This document shows, piece by piece, positions 1 to 9,379 of a stretch of 31,943 nucleotides of DNA. This stretch comes from a virus (Duplodnaviria; Caudoviricetes). Numbering within the stretch: position 1 is the first letter of the stretch; each line of letters begins with the position of its first letter. Location: positions 1 through 31,943 of the IMG/VR virus record IMGVR_UViG_3300020220_000207; one strand, given 5' to 3'. Below the pieces are notes generated by a model that was not told the DNA's origin, made no database searches, and saw only the letters and a list, made by a program, of their open reading frames with translations. A program made the translations under genes and the position numbers.

Positions 1-1
1 G

Positions 2-94
2 GCTATACATCCGGGTCGAGCCAGCAAATACTTGCCCCCCAATCAGATTGATAGGTTTCAAGCCGTAGGGAGCGTCAATAACAGGATAAGCCAT
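2..94 (-). CDS. 5' part of a putative virion structural (head-region) protein, runs off the left edge
   Basis: Own translation from ATG at 94: MAYPVIDAPYGLKPINLIGGQVFAGSTRMYS; GAGGT SD upstream; follows scaffold-region genes. Confidence 0.65.
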   Translation of the reverse strand, partial: MAYPVIDAPYGLKPINLIGGQVFAGSTRMYS

Positions 95-106
95 TTTTGA
101 CCTCGT

Positions 107-544
107 TTAAGTTGTTCCACGGCCAAATGTTGTCACGCTTTGCCTTTCTTTAAACAAAGGCATACGCGCATCACTTTGACGCAGGAAATGATTGTCAACA
201 GAAGTAATCAGCGAATCCGTTTGTTTCTGATGAAACTCGGTACGCTGTTCTACAAACTCAATTGGTGTTTTGCAAAGCAACAACCCTCCGATCTCAACAC
301 TGTCTGGAAACCTTGTGGTTGAACCAGGCATCATATAAATTTCTGGATGTTGCGACGCTTTGACAGGCTCCCAACCTTCGCGTAGTTTCGAGGCAATATG
401 ACGCGCATCCGCTTCGCCTAAATTGGCAACACGAATCCAACGGAACTGATAACCCGGCTCCGGCTCAGGATCTGGCAACAACTGCGGCGGACTCCACTTA
501 CGCATTGAAGCTTCCCGCGTCTCCCTGACTTCACGTTTTTCCAT
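107..544 (-). CDS. Phage head-region protein of unknown function
   Basis: 145-aa ORF tightly packed in the head operon (starts 1 nt after the upstream stop); FRWIR...EGWEPV...GGLLLCK pattern. Confidence 0.7.
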   Translation of the reverse strand: MEKREVRETREASMRKWSPPQLLPDPEPEPGYQFRWIRVANLGEADARHIASKLREGWEPVKASQHPEIYMMPGSTTRFPDSVEIGGLLLCKTPIEFVEQRTEFHQKQTDSLITSVDNHFLRQSDARMPLFKERQSVTTFGRGTT

Positions 545-545
545 A

Positions 546-1409
546 TCACCCTCGTTGAAGTTTTGCTACTTCTTGTGCATACCGCTCCAAGGGAATCTTG
601 TAGCGTTTTGCATACTCCACCTGCTTCGTCGTAAGGCGCACCTTCGTCGGTGCAGAACTACGGGTAGCGGGTGCCACATTTGATTTGGTTCTCTGACGCG
701 GTTCCTCAGGCTCAAAGTAATCCGGGAACACCTGCCGCATACGAGCGTCAATCTTCTCGTAGTATTCTTCAGATGAAGTGTCAACTCCTTGTTTTACAAG
801 CTTTGAATGATAAGCCAGTACAAGAGCCGTCATCTCTTCATCATTGCCAAACCAGGCATTACGCGATCTCCAGGACTCTGCCTTTTGATCGCTTCGCGGC
901 ACCTCCACTTCTGGAGGCGGTTCCTTATTAGGCCGGAAATTATTGACCTTGTCAAGCTTGATCTTTGCCGCAGTCAACTCCTCCTGCGCATTCACCAACT
1001 CATCGCTGTTTCCAGCTTCATAAGCCTGCTTGTACTTGGTCTTCGCATCCTCAACCTCTTTTGAGACCGTCTTTTTTGCTTGCTCTAACAGGACGGCCTG
1101 GTTCTCAGACAATGACCCCTTGAGCCTCTTGTTTTCTTCCGTGGCTGCTTGAGCAATACGAAACGCTTCTTCCCTCGATTTCTCCGCCTCCTCTGCGCGG
1201 CGCTTCTCCGACTGATACCCCTTGTAGAGATGATCAATACGGTTCCTTACCCGCTCACCATACTCCTTGACCTCCTGATCATCTAGAGGTTTTGGCTCCT
1301 CACGCAGTTTGGTAAATTTGGGCTTTTCCCCTTCAACAATCTCGATCTCTACCGCACTATCTTTTTCCTCCGGTTCCTGCTCATCCGGAAATTTGAACTC
1401 TTCGTTCAT
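546..1409 (-). CDS. Putative capsid scaffolding protein
   Basis: Acidic N-terminus, long E/K/A coiled-coil, basic helical C-terminus; located between portal/GroES and capsid region; AGGAG SD. Confidence 0.6.
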   Translation of the reverse strand: MNEEFKFPDEQEPEEKDSAVEIEIVEGEKPKFTKLREEPKPLDDQEVKEYGERVRNRIDHLYKGYQSEKRRAEEAEKSREEAFRIAQAATEENKRLKGSLSENQAVLLEQAKKTVSKEVEDAKTKYKQAYEAGNSDELVNAQEELTAAKIKLDKVNNFRPNKEPPPEVEVPRSDQKAESWRSRNAWFGNDEEMTALVLAYHSKLVKQGVDTSSEEYYEKIDARMRQVFPDYFEPEEPRQRTKSNVAPATRSSAPTKVRLTTKQVEYAKRYKIPLERYAQEVAKLQRG

Positions 1410-1417
1410 AGTAACTC

Positions 1418-1759
1418 CTATCGCAAAATGCCGCGTGGATCGTCTACTACCGCCTCCACAGCGTCGTCGTTGATGATTCTAAATTCCTGCCCGTGAATCT
1501 TGAGCCTCGTCCCCGTACTTGGCCTAACCAGCACAAAGTCCCCTTCCTTACATGAAGGGCCGCTTGGGAACCGCACCTTGTCCTTGTACGCATCTGGGCC
1601 GATCTTCAAAACACAAAGCACCGGAGACAACACCTCTTCATAAAAGATGGTTTGTCCCGCCTTCACCAGCCCACTTTCGTACTCCGCGTCGCTTTTCGGC
1701 AACGCACACAAAAGGTGATAGGTCACCGGCTCCGGTAATTGTGTGGGTTTTTCACTCAT
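1418..1759 (-). CDS. groES: GroES/Cpn10-like co-chaperonin
   Basis: P..YHLL, SGLV, IGPDAY, CKEGDFVLV, EFRIINDDAVEAVV match the Cpn10 pattern; start moved to MSEKP, which overlaps the upstream stop (ATGAGTGA). Confidence 0.8.
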   Translation of the reverse strand: MSEKPTQLPEPVTYHLLCALPKSDAEYESGLVKAGQTIFYEEVLSPVLCVLKIGPDAYKDKVRFPSGPSCKEGDFVLVRPSTGTRLKIHGQEFRIINDDAVEAVVDDPRGILR

Positions 1760-1940
1760 CCTCTTCTTCCTTATACCGTTTGGCAAGGTCTATTACCTCC
1801 GCTTGTGCGAGGCGCAGACCTCGAAGCACTCCGCACAACTCTTTATATTCCACAAAATCTTTTGTTCCGTCCAGCACCACAGCTATGAAGGAATTCATAT
1901 GCTCTGTTATTTTTTTGTCAAGCATGTCAAACGCTGTCAT
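1752..1940 (-). CDS. Small hypothetical phage protein
   Basis: 62 aa, overlaps both neighbours in coupled fashion; DFVEYKELCGVLRGL. Confidence 0.7.
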   Translation of the reverse strand: MTAFDMLDKKITEHMNSFIAVVLDGTKDFVEYKELCGVLRGLRLAQAEVIDLAKRYKEEEDE

Positions 1941-3046
1941 TTAAACTCTCCCTCTCTGATCCATTTTGTAGCCACCCACTTTACCGATTTTGGAGGAGTA
2001 CCCGCGTGTAACGACTCCCGCTCCTGAGCCGGATATCTGAATAACAAAGCATGCCCACGTATCGCCGGTACGCGGATTTTTAATTCGGGAAATTCTGTCG
2101 CCCCTTCTACCGGGGTGTTAAGATATAACAGCATCGTTGCCACACGCTGCCCGCCATTTTGTGTGGCCTTAACAACCTGGGTGTCTTTGTCAAAAAAGAA
2201 ATCGTGGTGCGGCTCATATTCCTGCCCCGGTTCGTATTTAAGAATTTGCAAATCTTCCCCATTTTGTACGGGCGTATTCGTAAATTGCGCTATTTTGTTT
2301 TCCAACTTTTTTATTAATAATGTAGACTGCCTTTTAAGGAATGTCTGCTGGCTTGTTCGGCCTTTGTGGTCTTTTGATGCGCCGGTATCATAATCAATAA
2401 CGGTGGATGGCACCAACTGTGGCGCGGCCATGTTAATTAACTCTTGGCATTCTTCCGGGGTAATAAAGTCTTTATATACTTCTATCTCTATTTGATTTTT
2501 GTATTCAAATATCTTTTTCTTTGAAAACGTCCAGTGAAAGAACAAATAGATTGCTCGTTGTTTTTCGCCGCACAACAACTCGTCTCGCCAGTGAGGAAAT
2601 CTTCGTCCCTCGACCACGGCCCCATAACCTACGCCAATATGCGCCTGCACATGGATGTCTTTGAAATTTCGTTCGTTAAAATCCCATGTCTCGCCCGTAA
2701 ACTCTTGTGTTGATACCTTAAGCGGCCACTCTAAATTATTTTTGTCTTCAAGGCATACTGATAAACTTACGTCTAAACCCTTTCTGTCGGTGTGTATTTT
2801 TAATACACTGTGCCGTTGATAGCACCTTGTGTAAGTGTTTGCAAATATCAAATCATCATATCTGGTGAGCAGTGACTGTGCGCGGTCTATATATTTTAAT
2901 GAGCCTGGTTGATTTTGAAACCCATAGCTGTTTTTATAAAACTCCGGAGATTGATTTTCATCAAAATGCCGGAGTGTAAAAAATTCTTGTACAAGCTCCT
3001 CGCATTCTTGCGGCGTAAAAAATTTAAGGTCACTATGATAGATCAT
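1937..3046 (-). CDS. Tandem 2OG-Fe(II) oxygenase: N-terminal phage-type domain plus C-terminal prolyl 4-hydroxylase alpha-like domain
   Basis: Domain 1: LKIHTDR...PHWR. Domain 2: RTS, EDLQILKY..GQEYEPHHDFF, QRVATMLLYLN, LHAG.P...KWVATKW. Confidence 0.85.
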   Translation of the reverse strand: MIYHSDLKFFTPQECEELVQEFFTLRHFDENQSPEFYKNSYGFQNQPGSLKYIDRAQSLLTRYDDLIFANTYTRCYQRHSVLKIHTDRKGLDVSLSVCLEDKNNLEWPLKVSTQEFTGETWDFNERNFKDIHVQAHIGVGYGAVVEGRRFPHWRDELLCGEKQRAIYLFFHWTFSKKKIFEYKNQIEIEVYKDFITPEECQELINMAAPQLVPSTVIDYDTGASKDHKGRTSQQTFLKRQSTLLIKKLENKIAQFTNTPVQNGEDLQILKYEPGQEYEPHHDFFFDKDTQVVKATQNGGQRVATMLLYLNTPVEGATEFPELKIRVPAIRGHALLFRYPAQERESLHAGTPPKSVKWVATKWIREGEFK

Positions 3047-3062
3047 GTTTTCTAACTAGTAT

Positions 3063-5255
3063 CTAACGTTTTTGAGTTTGTATTCGTTCCTGTTCTACGG
3101 CTAACCGGGCTTTTGCCAGTTCAATATCCGCCCGATCTTTTGCCGCTTTCCGTTGTACCTCTTCGGATTTAATTTTCAATTCTGCCTGTTGTATTTGAAC
3201 AAGTGGGTCTTGGGCTTGTTGTTGGGCTTGTTGTTGTTGGGCTTGTGCTGTATTCATCTGTAGGAGTTGGACTCCTGCCAGGGCTGTGAGTCGTGCTAGT
3301 TCGACTTCGACATCCTCGGGCAGTTTCTCGTTTGGTGGTGGTAGTGGAACCCCCATTTGTTCTTCGATCTTCTTCCGATATAGAAATGCCAGATGTTCTG
3401 CAATATGAGCCTGTACTGCGGCGGCCAATTTTTGCGCCATAGGGTTCTGTCCTATGGTTTGCGCCACTAGCGGGTCGTCTATGAAGGTTTTATGCACCGC
3501 AATATGTGCGTCGTGGTCCTGATAAATGAACGCTTTGGTAGGTTCCCCCTTCAAAAATGACATATTTTCTGATACCGGGTCTCTTGGATGTTGCTCTTCG
3601 GGCAAAGGAATCAGTTTTTCTGCATTTTTTACCCCTAAAACCTCTACCATTTGCCGATGTAGCTGTGGGAGGTCATAAATTTGCGGAGCATTTGCTGATA
3701 ATTGGATGACCGCTTGATATTGCATGATTCTTTGCGCCATTGTGGCCGCATTTGGGTCAGAAACCGGGATAATTTCGACGTATTCGTAGTCTTCTTGTTT
3801 GGCTTTTCGGTCTCCACCCTCTGGAATATAGGCATACTCCTCTTCTGTGTAGTCTTTAATAAGTTCTTTGAGTAACTTAAACTCCTGTTTCATGGAAGAA
3901 TGTACTCTGGCTTGTACTGCACTCATTGTTTTCAGAGTTCTTTCTAGAATTGCCAGGGTTGTGCCGACTGGAGCTTGTGCTGACATGTCGCTTACCTTCA
4001 TATCTGCAATCGCACCGAGTCTTCGCCCTTCATCGCTGATCTTGTCGAGCAGGACTGCTAATACCTGGCTTGGCTCTTTGTACGGCAGCATCATAATATT
4101 GTCTTTGATCGCGCCGGTTGGGATATCCACATCTCTAAATTCACCCGGTGAGATCGGCGTATCGTCCCCTTTGACGCGCAATCCCCGGCTTTTTAATCCT
4201 CCGGGCAAGTTACTTAACGTCCCTGCGTCTACGAGTTGCCTCAGGAGCATTGTCCCTGCCCGCGCATATCCGCCTATCAAATGAATATAGCCAAAACCAT
4301 ATGCCCCAAAGCCCGGTACATAATCATATTGCACCAGATGCTGCCGTTTCTTGAATAAATAATCCCCCTCGCGGTAGTTTCTATAAATTGCCAGGATTTT
4401 ATTTGTGCCGCGATCAATCGTGATTATATATGGCACGGCCACTTCTTCTTCAAATCCGGCCAGGTGATAATCTACCTGGATTTCGCAGATCTGATGCCGG
4501 TCGTCGTCGTTGATTGAAAATCCGGTCTCGTCGGCTTTTTTCTTTTCTACGTCGTTTGTTATCGGCGCGGGTTCTCCGAGTTCCACATCCCTGTAGAATC
4601 CTTTGACCTGGAGCCGTTCCACATCGTTTTTCGTTTTCCTCATGATGTGGGTTACCCGTTCGGCTGTTCTGGCCCCTGAGGATCCGTAGGGGATAATGAC
4701 ATCTTCTGCCGGGATAAATATTGCCGTTTCTCTTCCGAGGCCGGGATCAAAATAAACCTTTTTAAATGCGGAGCCGCACAAGCCGAGGTTGAATAATAAT
4801 CGTTCGTGTTCTGCGCGGTATTCGGTGATTGTTTCTGTGAGTCTAAAATTCATATCGTCGCGGACGCGTTGCGCGGCGTCTTCTTTTTCTTTTGTGATTT
4901 GCCCGATGATTTCGGTTTTGACCGGGCCTTGTGCTGGAAACGTTTCGATGATCATTTCCGACTGGAAGCGGACTGCGGCTTCTGTGAGGAGGGTGCTGAA
5001 GACGCCGCAGGCTCCGTTCCAGGGTTCTGTGCGTTCTTCGTATTTCATTCCGAGCACTTCCAGGCCTTTGACGTAGATATCCACCCAGTCTTTTCGGGAG
5101 CTTATATCGGCGTCAAGTTCATCCATGAGGTCATTTGCCAAGGTGCTGAGTTCGCTTTCTGTCATATGCTCAGCGAGGTTGGCATCGAATGGGATGTCAT
5201 CTATTGAAACCACTTCTTCGAGGATTTCGTCAATAATCTGGATTTCCATGTTCAT
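3063..5255 (-). CDS. Portal protein (P22-like)
   Basis: 730 aa directly after TerL; GSAFKKVY, YGFG.IHLIG, APVGTTLA motifs; Q-rich coiled-coil C-terminus. Confidence 0.85.
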   Translation of the reverse strand: MNMEIQIIDEILEEVVSIDDIPFDANLAEHMTESELSTLANDLMDELDADISSRKDWVDIYVKGLEVLGMKYEERTEPWNGACGVFSTLLTEAAVRFQSEMIIETFPAQGPVKTEIIGQITKEKEDAAQRVRDDMNFRLTETITEYRAEHERLLFNLGLCGSAFKKVYFDPGLGRETAIFIPAEDVIIPYGSSGARTAERVTHIMRKTKNDVERLQVKGFYRDVELGEPAPITNDVEKKKADETGFSINDDDRHQICEIQVDYHLAGFEEEVAVPYIITIDRGTNKILAIYRNYREGDYLFKKRQHLVQYDYVPGFGAYGFGYIHLIGGYARAGTMLLRQLVDAGTLSNLPGGLKSRGLRVKGDDTPISPGEFRDVDIPTGAIKDNIMMLPYKEPSQVLAVLLDKISDEGRRLGAIADMKVSDMSAQAPVGTTLAILERTLKTMSAVQARVHSSMKQEFKLLKELIKDYTEEEYAYIPEGGDRKAKQEDYEYVEIIPVSDPNAATMAQRIMQYQAVIQLSANAPQIYDLPQLHRQMVEVLGVKNAEKLIPLPEEQHPRDPVSENMSFLKGEPTKAFIYQDHDAHIAVHKTFIDDPLVAQTIGQNPMAQKLAAAVQAHIAEHLAFLYRKKIEEQMGVPLPPPNEKLPEDVEVELARLTALAGVQLLQMNTAQAQQQQAQQQAQDPLVQIQQAELKIKSEEVQRKAAKDRADIELAKARLAVEQERIQTQKR

Positions 5256-5257
5256 TC

Positions 5258-6739
5258 CTAATAGTAAGCTTTTCTGCGGGCGACGGGTTCATCGACCTCG
5301 TCGGAGTTTAGTCTAAGGAAGCCGCCTTGTCGAAACCTTATGAGAGCCTGGACGCTGGAGTCCACGAGGTCATCGTGTTCTGCGTGTGGGAACGCGGCCA
5401 TCTGTTCGACCACTTCATGTGCCCATCGTTTATCAGGCCTCCATACCTTACCGGATCGGAAGAGGTCTGATACGGAGTTGATTCTTACAAACTTGTCGTT
5501 CCCTCTCACGGGGGTATATTCTGACACAGGCACGCCTATTTTCCTCAATTCGTAGACCAATGGCGCTCCAGCCGCCTTGGCCTCGATGATACAAGCATCT
5601 GGCTCCCACTCCTTATAGTGCTCCAGTGCCTTATCTTTCAACTCGGGAAACTCCATTCTTTTTTGAAACGCATCCAGCAGTATGATATGCGGATCTTTTT
5701 TATCTTCATCTTTATAAAAGACCCCCCATGTAGTACATGCCGAGTAGTCAGATCTTTCGTTTTTTGTAAATGCCGTATCCCAACTCTGGATGACAAATTC
5801 GCATTTTGGCGGCTCTTCGTCATCCCATGACTGCCACCATTCTCTTTTAATTATCGCGCCTTCTTCGCCGGTTGGTGTTTGTTGGTATTGTGCGTTCCAC
5901 TTCGATACGGGTAGTTCTTCTTTAAGAGCTTGTAATTCTTCGATAGACCAAAATTCTGGCCAGAGAGGATTGCCGCTTGGGAGTATTGCTGGTAGTTCGA
6001 TAAGTTCCCATTCTTCACGCTTATCGCGCTTCAGAGCCTCTTTCATAAGCCGCCCTGTCAAATCCTTCTCCGCCCATCTTGTCATCACTATAACGATAGA
6101 CGCTCCCGGCTGAAGTCGTTGTCTTACACCGGACGTGTACCACTCAAAGACCCTGTCAAAAACAGCAGGATCACCCTGTATTGCCTCCTGTTCGCTATGT
6201 GGATCATCAATAATTAACAAATCCGCACCTTTTCCAGTGACTGTTCCACCAACGCCGATGGCAAAATATTCACCGTTGTGATTTGTAGCCCATCTTCCTG
6301 CCGCTTTTGAATCTTGCCGTAATGAAACATTCGGAAAAACATCACCATAGTAGTCATTACTGACAAGGTTTCTCACTTTTCGCCCGAAGGAAACTGCAAG
6401 ATCTGCTGTATTAGAGCTTTGTATCACCTTTTTCTGCGGGAATTTGCCTAAAAACCAGCTTGGCAACAGGTAACTTGCAAATTCTGACTTTGTGTGCCGT
6501 GGTGGAAGGTTAATAATCAATCTTTTCAGCTTCCCTTCTGCAATTTCTTCAAATTTGCGCGCGATCAAACCATGATGACGGCCCAGAATAAACCCCGGCC
6601 ACATCTTTTTGACATACGTCATAAAGCTCTTATGACACTTCTCCCTGTCTAATGCCTTCTTGTACTCCAATACCTGTACAAGAACCCTTTGCTGATCCGC
6701 TTTAGACAGCTTGCCCAGCACATCTTCCAGCTTACTCAA
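5258..6739 (-). CDS. terL: Terminase large subunit
   Basis: Walker A-like NLPPRHTKS, Walker B LLIIDDP, VMTRW, nuclease motifs SWDTA and HDDLVDS. Confidence 0.95.
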   Translation of the reverse strand: MSKLEDVLGKLSKADQQRVLVQVLEYKKALDREKCHKSFMTYVKKMWPGFILGRHHGLIARKFEEIAEGKLKRLIINLPPRHTKSEFASYLLPSWFLGKFPQKKVIQSSNTADLAVSFGRKVRNLVSNDYYGDVFPNVSLRQDSKAAGRWATNHNGEYFAIGVGGTVTGKGADLLIIDDPHSEQEAIQGDPAVFDRVFEWYTSGVRQRLQPGASIVIVMTRWAEKDLTGRLMKEALKRDKREEWELIELPAILPSGNPLWPEFWSIEELQALKEELPVSKWNAQYQQTPTGEEGAIIKREWWQSWDDEEPPKCEFVIQSWDTAFTKNERSDYSACTTWGVFYKDEDKKDPHIILLDAFQKRMEFPELKDKALEHYKEWEPDACIIEAKAAGAPLVYELRKIGVPVSEYTPVRGNDKFVRINSVSDLFRSGKVWRPDKRWAHEVVEQMAAFPHAEHDDLVDSSVQALIRFRQGGFLRLNSDEVDEPVARRKAYY

Positions 6740-6956
6740 TGTTCTGATACCTCACATACTTAGGCTTGGCAGACCTCCACCTCCCCCCAAACCTCTGTAT
6801 CGCCCCCATCTCCGCCAATGCTACCAAAATCCTGTGCGTGTTCCCAATTCCCACCCTGCCCCTCAAATAAGCTAACTCCTTCATCGTAGGCCCATGCCCA
6901 TACTCCTTCCAATACTCATCAATCAAAATATATACGTCCCTCTGCACCGGAGTCAC
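6732..6956 (-). CDS. LexA N-terminal-like winged-helix DNA-binding protein (no peptidase domain)
   Basis: TPVQRDVY..I..YWKEYGHGPTMKELA...HRILVALAEMGAI resembles the LexA DNA-binding domain; GTG start; overlaps TerL start. Confidence 0.7.
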   Translation of the reverse strand: MTPVQRDVYILIDEYWKEYGHGPTMKELAYLRGRVGIGNTHRILVALAEMGAIQRFGGRWRSAKPKYVRYQNIE

Positions 6957-6990
6957 TTACAAGTTCCTTCTTAATTACACCACCCCCAAG

Positions 6991-7013
6991 TTCTCACCTG
7001 TAACGTTACAGGT
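6991..7013. promoter_or_regulatory. Palindromic operator-like site, copy 1
   Basis: Perfect 18-bp palindrome ACCTGTAACGTTACAGGT at 6996-7013; 6991-7010 is the exact reverse complement of 19547-19566. Confidence 0.65.
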
Positions 7014-7168
7014 AGCAAAGTGGGAAACGGTACACATTTGGTGAAAATTTTTATACCTACCCCCACATTTTTACAGCCAAATCATGCCGGGGAGGTTGTT
7101 ACAAATAGGCCGAGCAAAAACACTAGAAATAATGGCAACGCTTAAGACACTTTGAGTGGGATAGTATG

Positions 7169-7777
7169 TCATAGGTCGTGCGGATCCGATTGTTCATCTT
7201 GGGGGGTCGGGGTGGGGTGGGTCGTCTCGCCAGGTGATTGGCTAGGCTCGCCAGGTGGCTCGGAGGTCAACTCCCCCAACAATCCCTCGACATCGACAGC
7301 CTCGTGTACCGACTCGCGCAGGACTTCAAGGATCCGCGACCGCGCATCGTCGCTTCCCGTCACCGCCACACTGTGACGCTGAGTGAACGCCGACACTTCC
7401 GTAACGTTACCGAGCGCTCTAATAGCTGAAACACGAACGCTAGCCGGAGTGGAAGGATCGAGGGTTGCCTGCACCAGGCTATGGATCACCAACTCCCGCA
7501 GATGTTCGGGGGTGCGCCACCTCGCCGACTCGATTGCCAGTTTATATGCCTCAATCTCGGCTTGTATCCGGGGATCCCTTGCAAGCGCGTATGGCGAAGT
7601 CAAAATCGTCGTCGGAGTGTAGGAGTAGGTTTCACGATATGCCTGCGCCTTAGTCTGGCCTTCCGCTATCTTGCGAGCGAAGCTTTTCTGGCGCGCCGTG
7701 AGTTTATTCGCGCCCATGATACTTTCCATGGGAATTGTTTTGAGTGCTTCGCGCGCTTGCCGTCGGGTGATCTTCAT
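7169..7777 (-). CDS. Putative terminase small subunit
   Basis: LTARQKSFARKIAEGQTKAQAYRETY HTH typical of TerS; upstream of TerL; acidic/Pro-rich tail. Confidence 0.7.
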   Translation of the reverse strand: MKITRRQAREALKTIPMESIMGANKLTARQKSFARKIAEGQTKAQAYRETYSYTPTTILTSPYALARDPRIQAEIEAYKLAIESARWRTPEHLRELVIHSLVQATLDPSTPASVRVSAIRALGNVTEVSAFTQRHSVAVTGSDDARSRILEVLRESVHEAVDVEGLLGELTSEPPGEPSQSPGETTHPTPTPQDEQSDPHDL

Positions 7778-7902
7778 AGGGACTCCGGAAGTTTTGGGGA
7801 TGATATCCGATGAAAGGTCGAATGTCTAGCGTGAACGGTGCACAAAAGTGTGCCAGACCGTGTATGATCCTCACTCTACTCATTCAATCATGGGGGGCAT
7901 CG

Positions 7903-8574
7903 ATGACGTACCATTTTGTGAAACAATCCGGAAACGGCAAGACCGGGTCAATCCCTGTTACGTACAGTCAGCGCGAAACATGCCCTGAGTCCTGCCCTTG
8001 GCAAGGTAACGGCTGTTATGCGGAGTCGTGGCCTGTAGCGCTGCATTGGCGCAGAGTGGCAGACCGTGGCGATACCCTCGCCGCACTGTGTCGATCGATC
8101 GAAGCACTGCCAGACGGTCAATTGTGGAGACATAACGTCGCAGGCGACTTGCCTGGACTAGGTGAGGACATCAATGCGCGCGCGTTACGGAAGATTGTAC
8201 GCGCCAACCACAAAAAACTCGGGTATACGTATACACACAAGAAAACGGCAAGGGCACTAACCTTAGCGCGTAGAGCAACACGGGCAGGTTTTGCGGTCAA
8301 TGTGTCATGCGACAGTGTATATGAGGTTGACGCGATGATGGCGCGCGGTCTGCTTTGCGCGGTTGTAATGCCGTCCTCAGCGCCGCGCCGCACTATCACA
8401 CCGAAAGGAAATATCATCGAACAGTGCCCCGCTACCTATGACAAAAGCGAAATTACATGCGCCGATTGCAAACTATGCGCGCGCACTAATCGTAGAGTCG
8501 CAGTCGGCTTTCCAGCGCATGGATCACGTTACCGTAGCATCAATCTAAAACTTGAAAGGATTACACATGGATGA
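7903..8574 (+). CDS. Cys-rich phage protein, GP88-like (possible Fe-S/radical-SAM-like)
   Basis: SGNGKTG, TCPESCP...CYA, RHNVAGD, YTYTH, CPA...TCADCKLC; start moved to ATG 7903 after a G-rich SD. Confidence 0.65.
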   Translation: MTYHFVKQSGNGKTGSIPVTYSQRETCPESCPWQGNGCYAESWPVALHWRRVADRGDTLAALCRSIEALPDGQLWRHNVAGDLPGLGEDINARALRKIVRANHKKLGYTYTHKKTARALTLARRATRAGFAVNVSCDSVYEVDAMMARGLLCAVVMPSSAPRRTITPKGNIIEQCPATYDKSEITCADCKLCARTNRRVAVGFPAHGSRYRSINLKLERITHG

Positions 8575-8770
8575 TCTAGATTATGTAAGAGACCTTGACC
8601 GTGAACTAGCGGAGTCGGATCCGGAGGCCGCGCGAGCCGCCGGACGTTACATGCGGAGGTCTATGCGCCGTTCGAGGTCAAATATCTTACAAATCGGTGG
8701 AAGAGAATACTACCGCAACAAGAAGGGGCGGTGCGAAGATGCACCGTGTTGCGGTTGCTGCAACATATGA
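8567..8770 (+). CDS. Small protein with C-terminal RCEDAPCCGCC motif
   Basis: AAGGA SD, overlaps upstream stop, five-Cys C-terminus. Confidence 0.6.
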   Translation: MDDLDYVRDLDRELAESDPEAARAAGRYMRRSMRRSRSNILQIGGREYYRNKKGRCEDAPCCGCCNI

Positions 8771-8834
8771 GTCCATCGGTCAGCCCACGCCCGTGGGTTG
8801 CACGATGCATTCCGCATCATTACAGGGGATAATT

Positions 8835-9008
8835 ATGAGCATCTACACTAACGAAGGTTTTGCCAATCGGCGCGAGTACCTCGAAGATCTAGCCGATCAG
8901 ACGGGCGTCGATCTGGAAACTGTATTAATCCTCGCCGACTTGTTCGGTCCGAATGAGGACTTCGACGGGCTAGTAACAGCCCTCGAAGATCACGCCCAAG
9001 GATACTAA
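8835..9008 (+). CDS. Small acidic hypothetical protein
   Basis: MSIYTNEGFANRREYLEDLA...LFGPNEDFDGLVTALED; AGGGG SD. Confidence 0.65.
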   Translation: MSIYTNEGFANRREYLEDLADQTGVDLETVLILADLFGPNEDFDGLVTALEDHAQGY

Positions 9009-9011
9009 CCC

Positions 9012-9032
9012 GTAGGGGCTACGGCCCCCTAC
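9012..9032 (+). other. Intergenic UNCG-tetraloop hairpin (processing/stability element or weak terminator)
   Basis: GGGGC-TACG-GCCCC at 9015-9028, extendable with one bulge, followed by a short TTT. Confidence 0.5.
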
Positions 9033-9044
9033 TTTGGAGATGCC

Positions 9045-9290
9045 ATGTCTATTGATATCAAAAGAGTACGCAACGACGTTAACGGCAATTCGCGGTACGT
9101 GATCTGGTGGGCACGTTTTCTCCACCCAGAGTCCTCTCGGTCACTCGAAAACTACAATAGCATACTGCGAGCCGCGCGCAAAGTCGGCGGCAGAATGTAC
9201 TCAGGCAAGGATTTTGGCGGCGGTATTGTGTTTACGACTCAGGAGTGGGAGATACCCAGACTTATTGAGCGGGTTCGAGCACTGCTATGA
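9045..9290 (+). CDS. Hypothetical protein
   Basis: GGAG SD; 81-aa ORF in the plus-strand cluster. Confidence 0.6.
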   Translation: MSIDIKRVRNDVNGNSRYVIWWARFLHPESSRSLENYNSILRAARKVGGRMYSGKDFGGGIVFTTQEWEIPRLIERVRALL

Positions 9291-9370
9291 GGTCCGGCAA
9301 CCTTACCCTTATCCTCGGCGGGGCTGTATTTGGCGCAGTCTTCGCCGTCATTCTTTTCGCATTTATCTAA
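9287..9370 (+). CDS. 27-aa single-pass membrane peptide (not in the ORF track)
   Basis: MRSGNLTLILGGAVFGAVFAVILFAFI; ATGA overlap with upstream stop; fills the gap before the next gene. Confidence 0.55.
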   Translation: MRSGNLTLILGGAVFGAVFAVILFAFI

Positions 9371-9379
9371 GGATATACT

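Noticed and set aside
3644-6113. Antisense and alternate-frame ORFs over portal and TerL (and likewise over helicase and the giant genes)
   Set aside because: Shadow ORFs of well-supported genes, without motifs of their own
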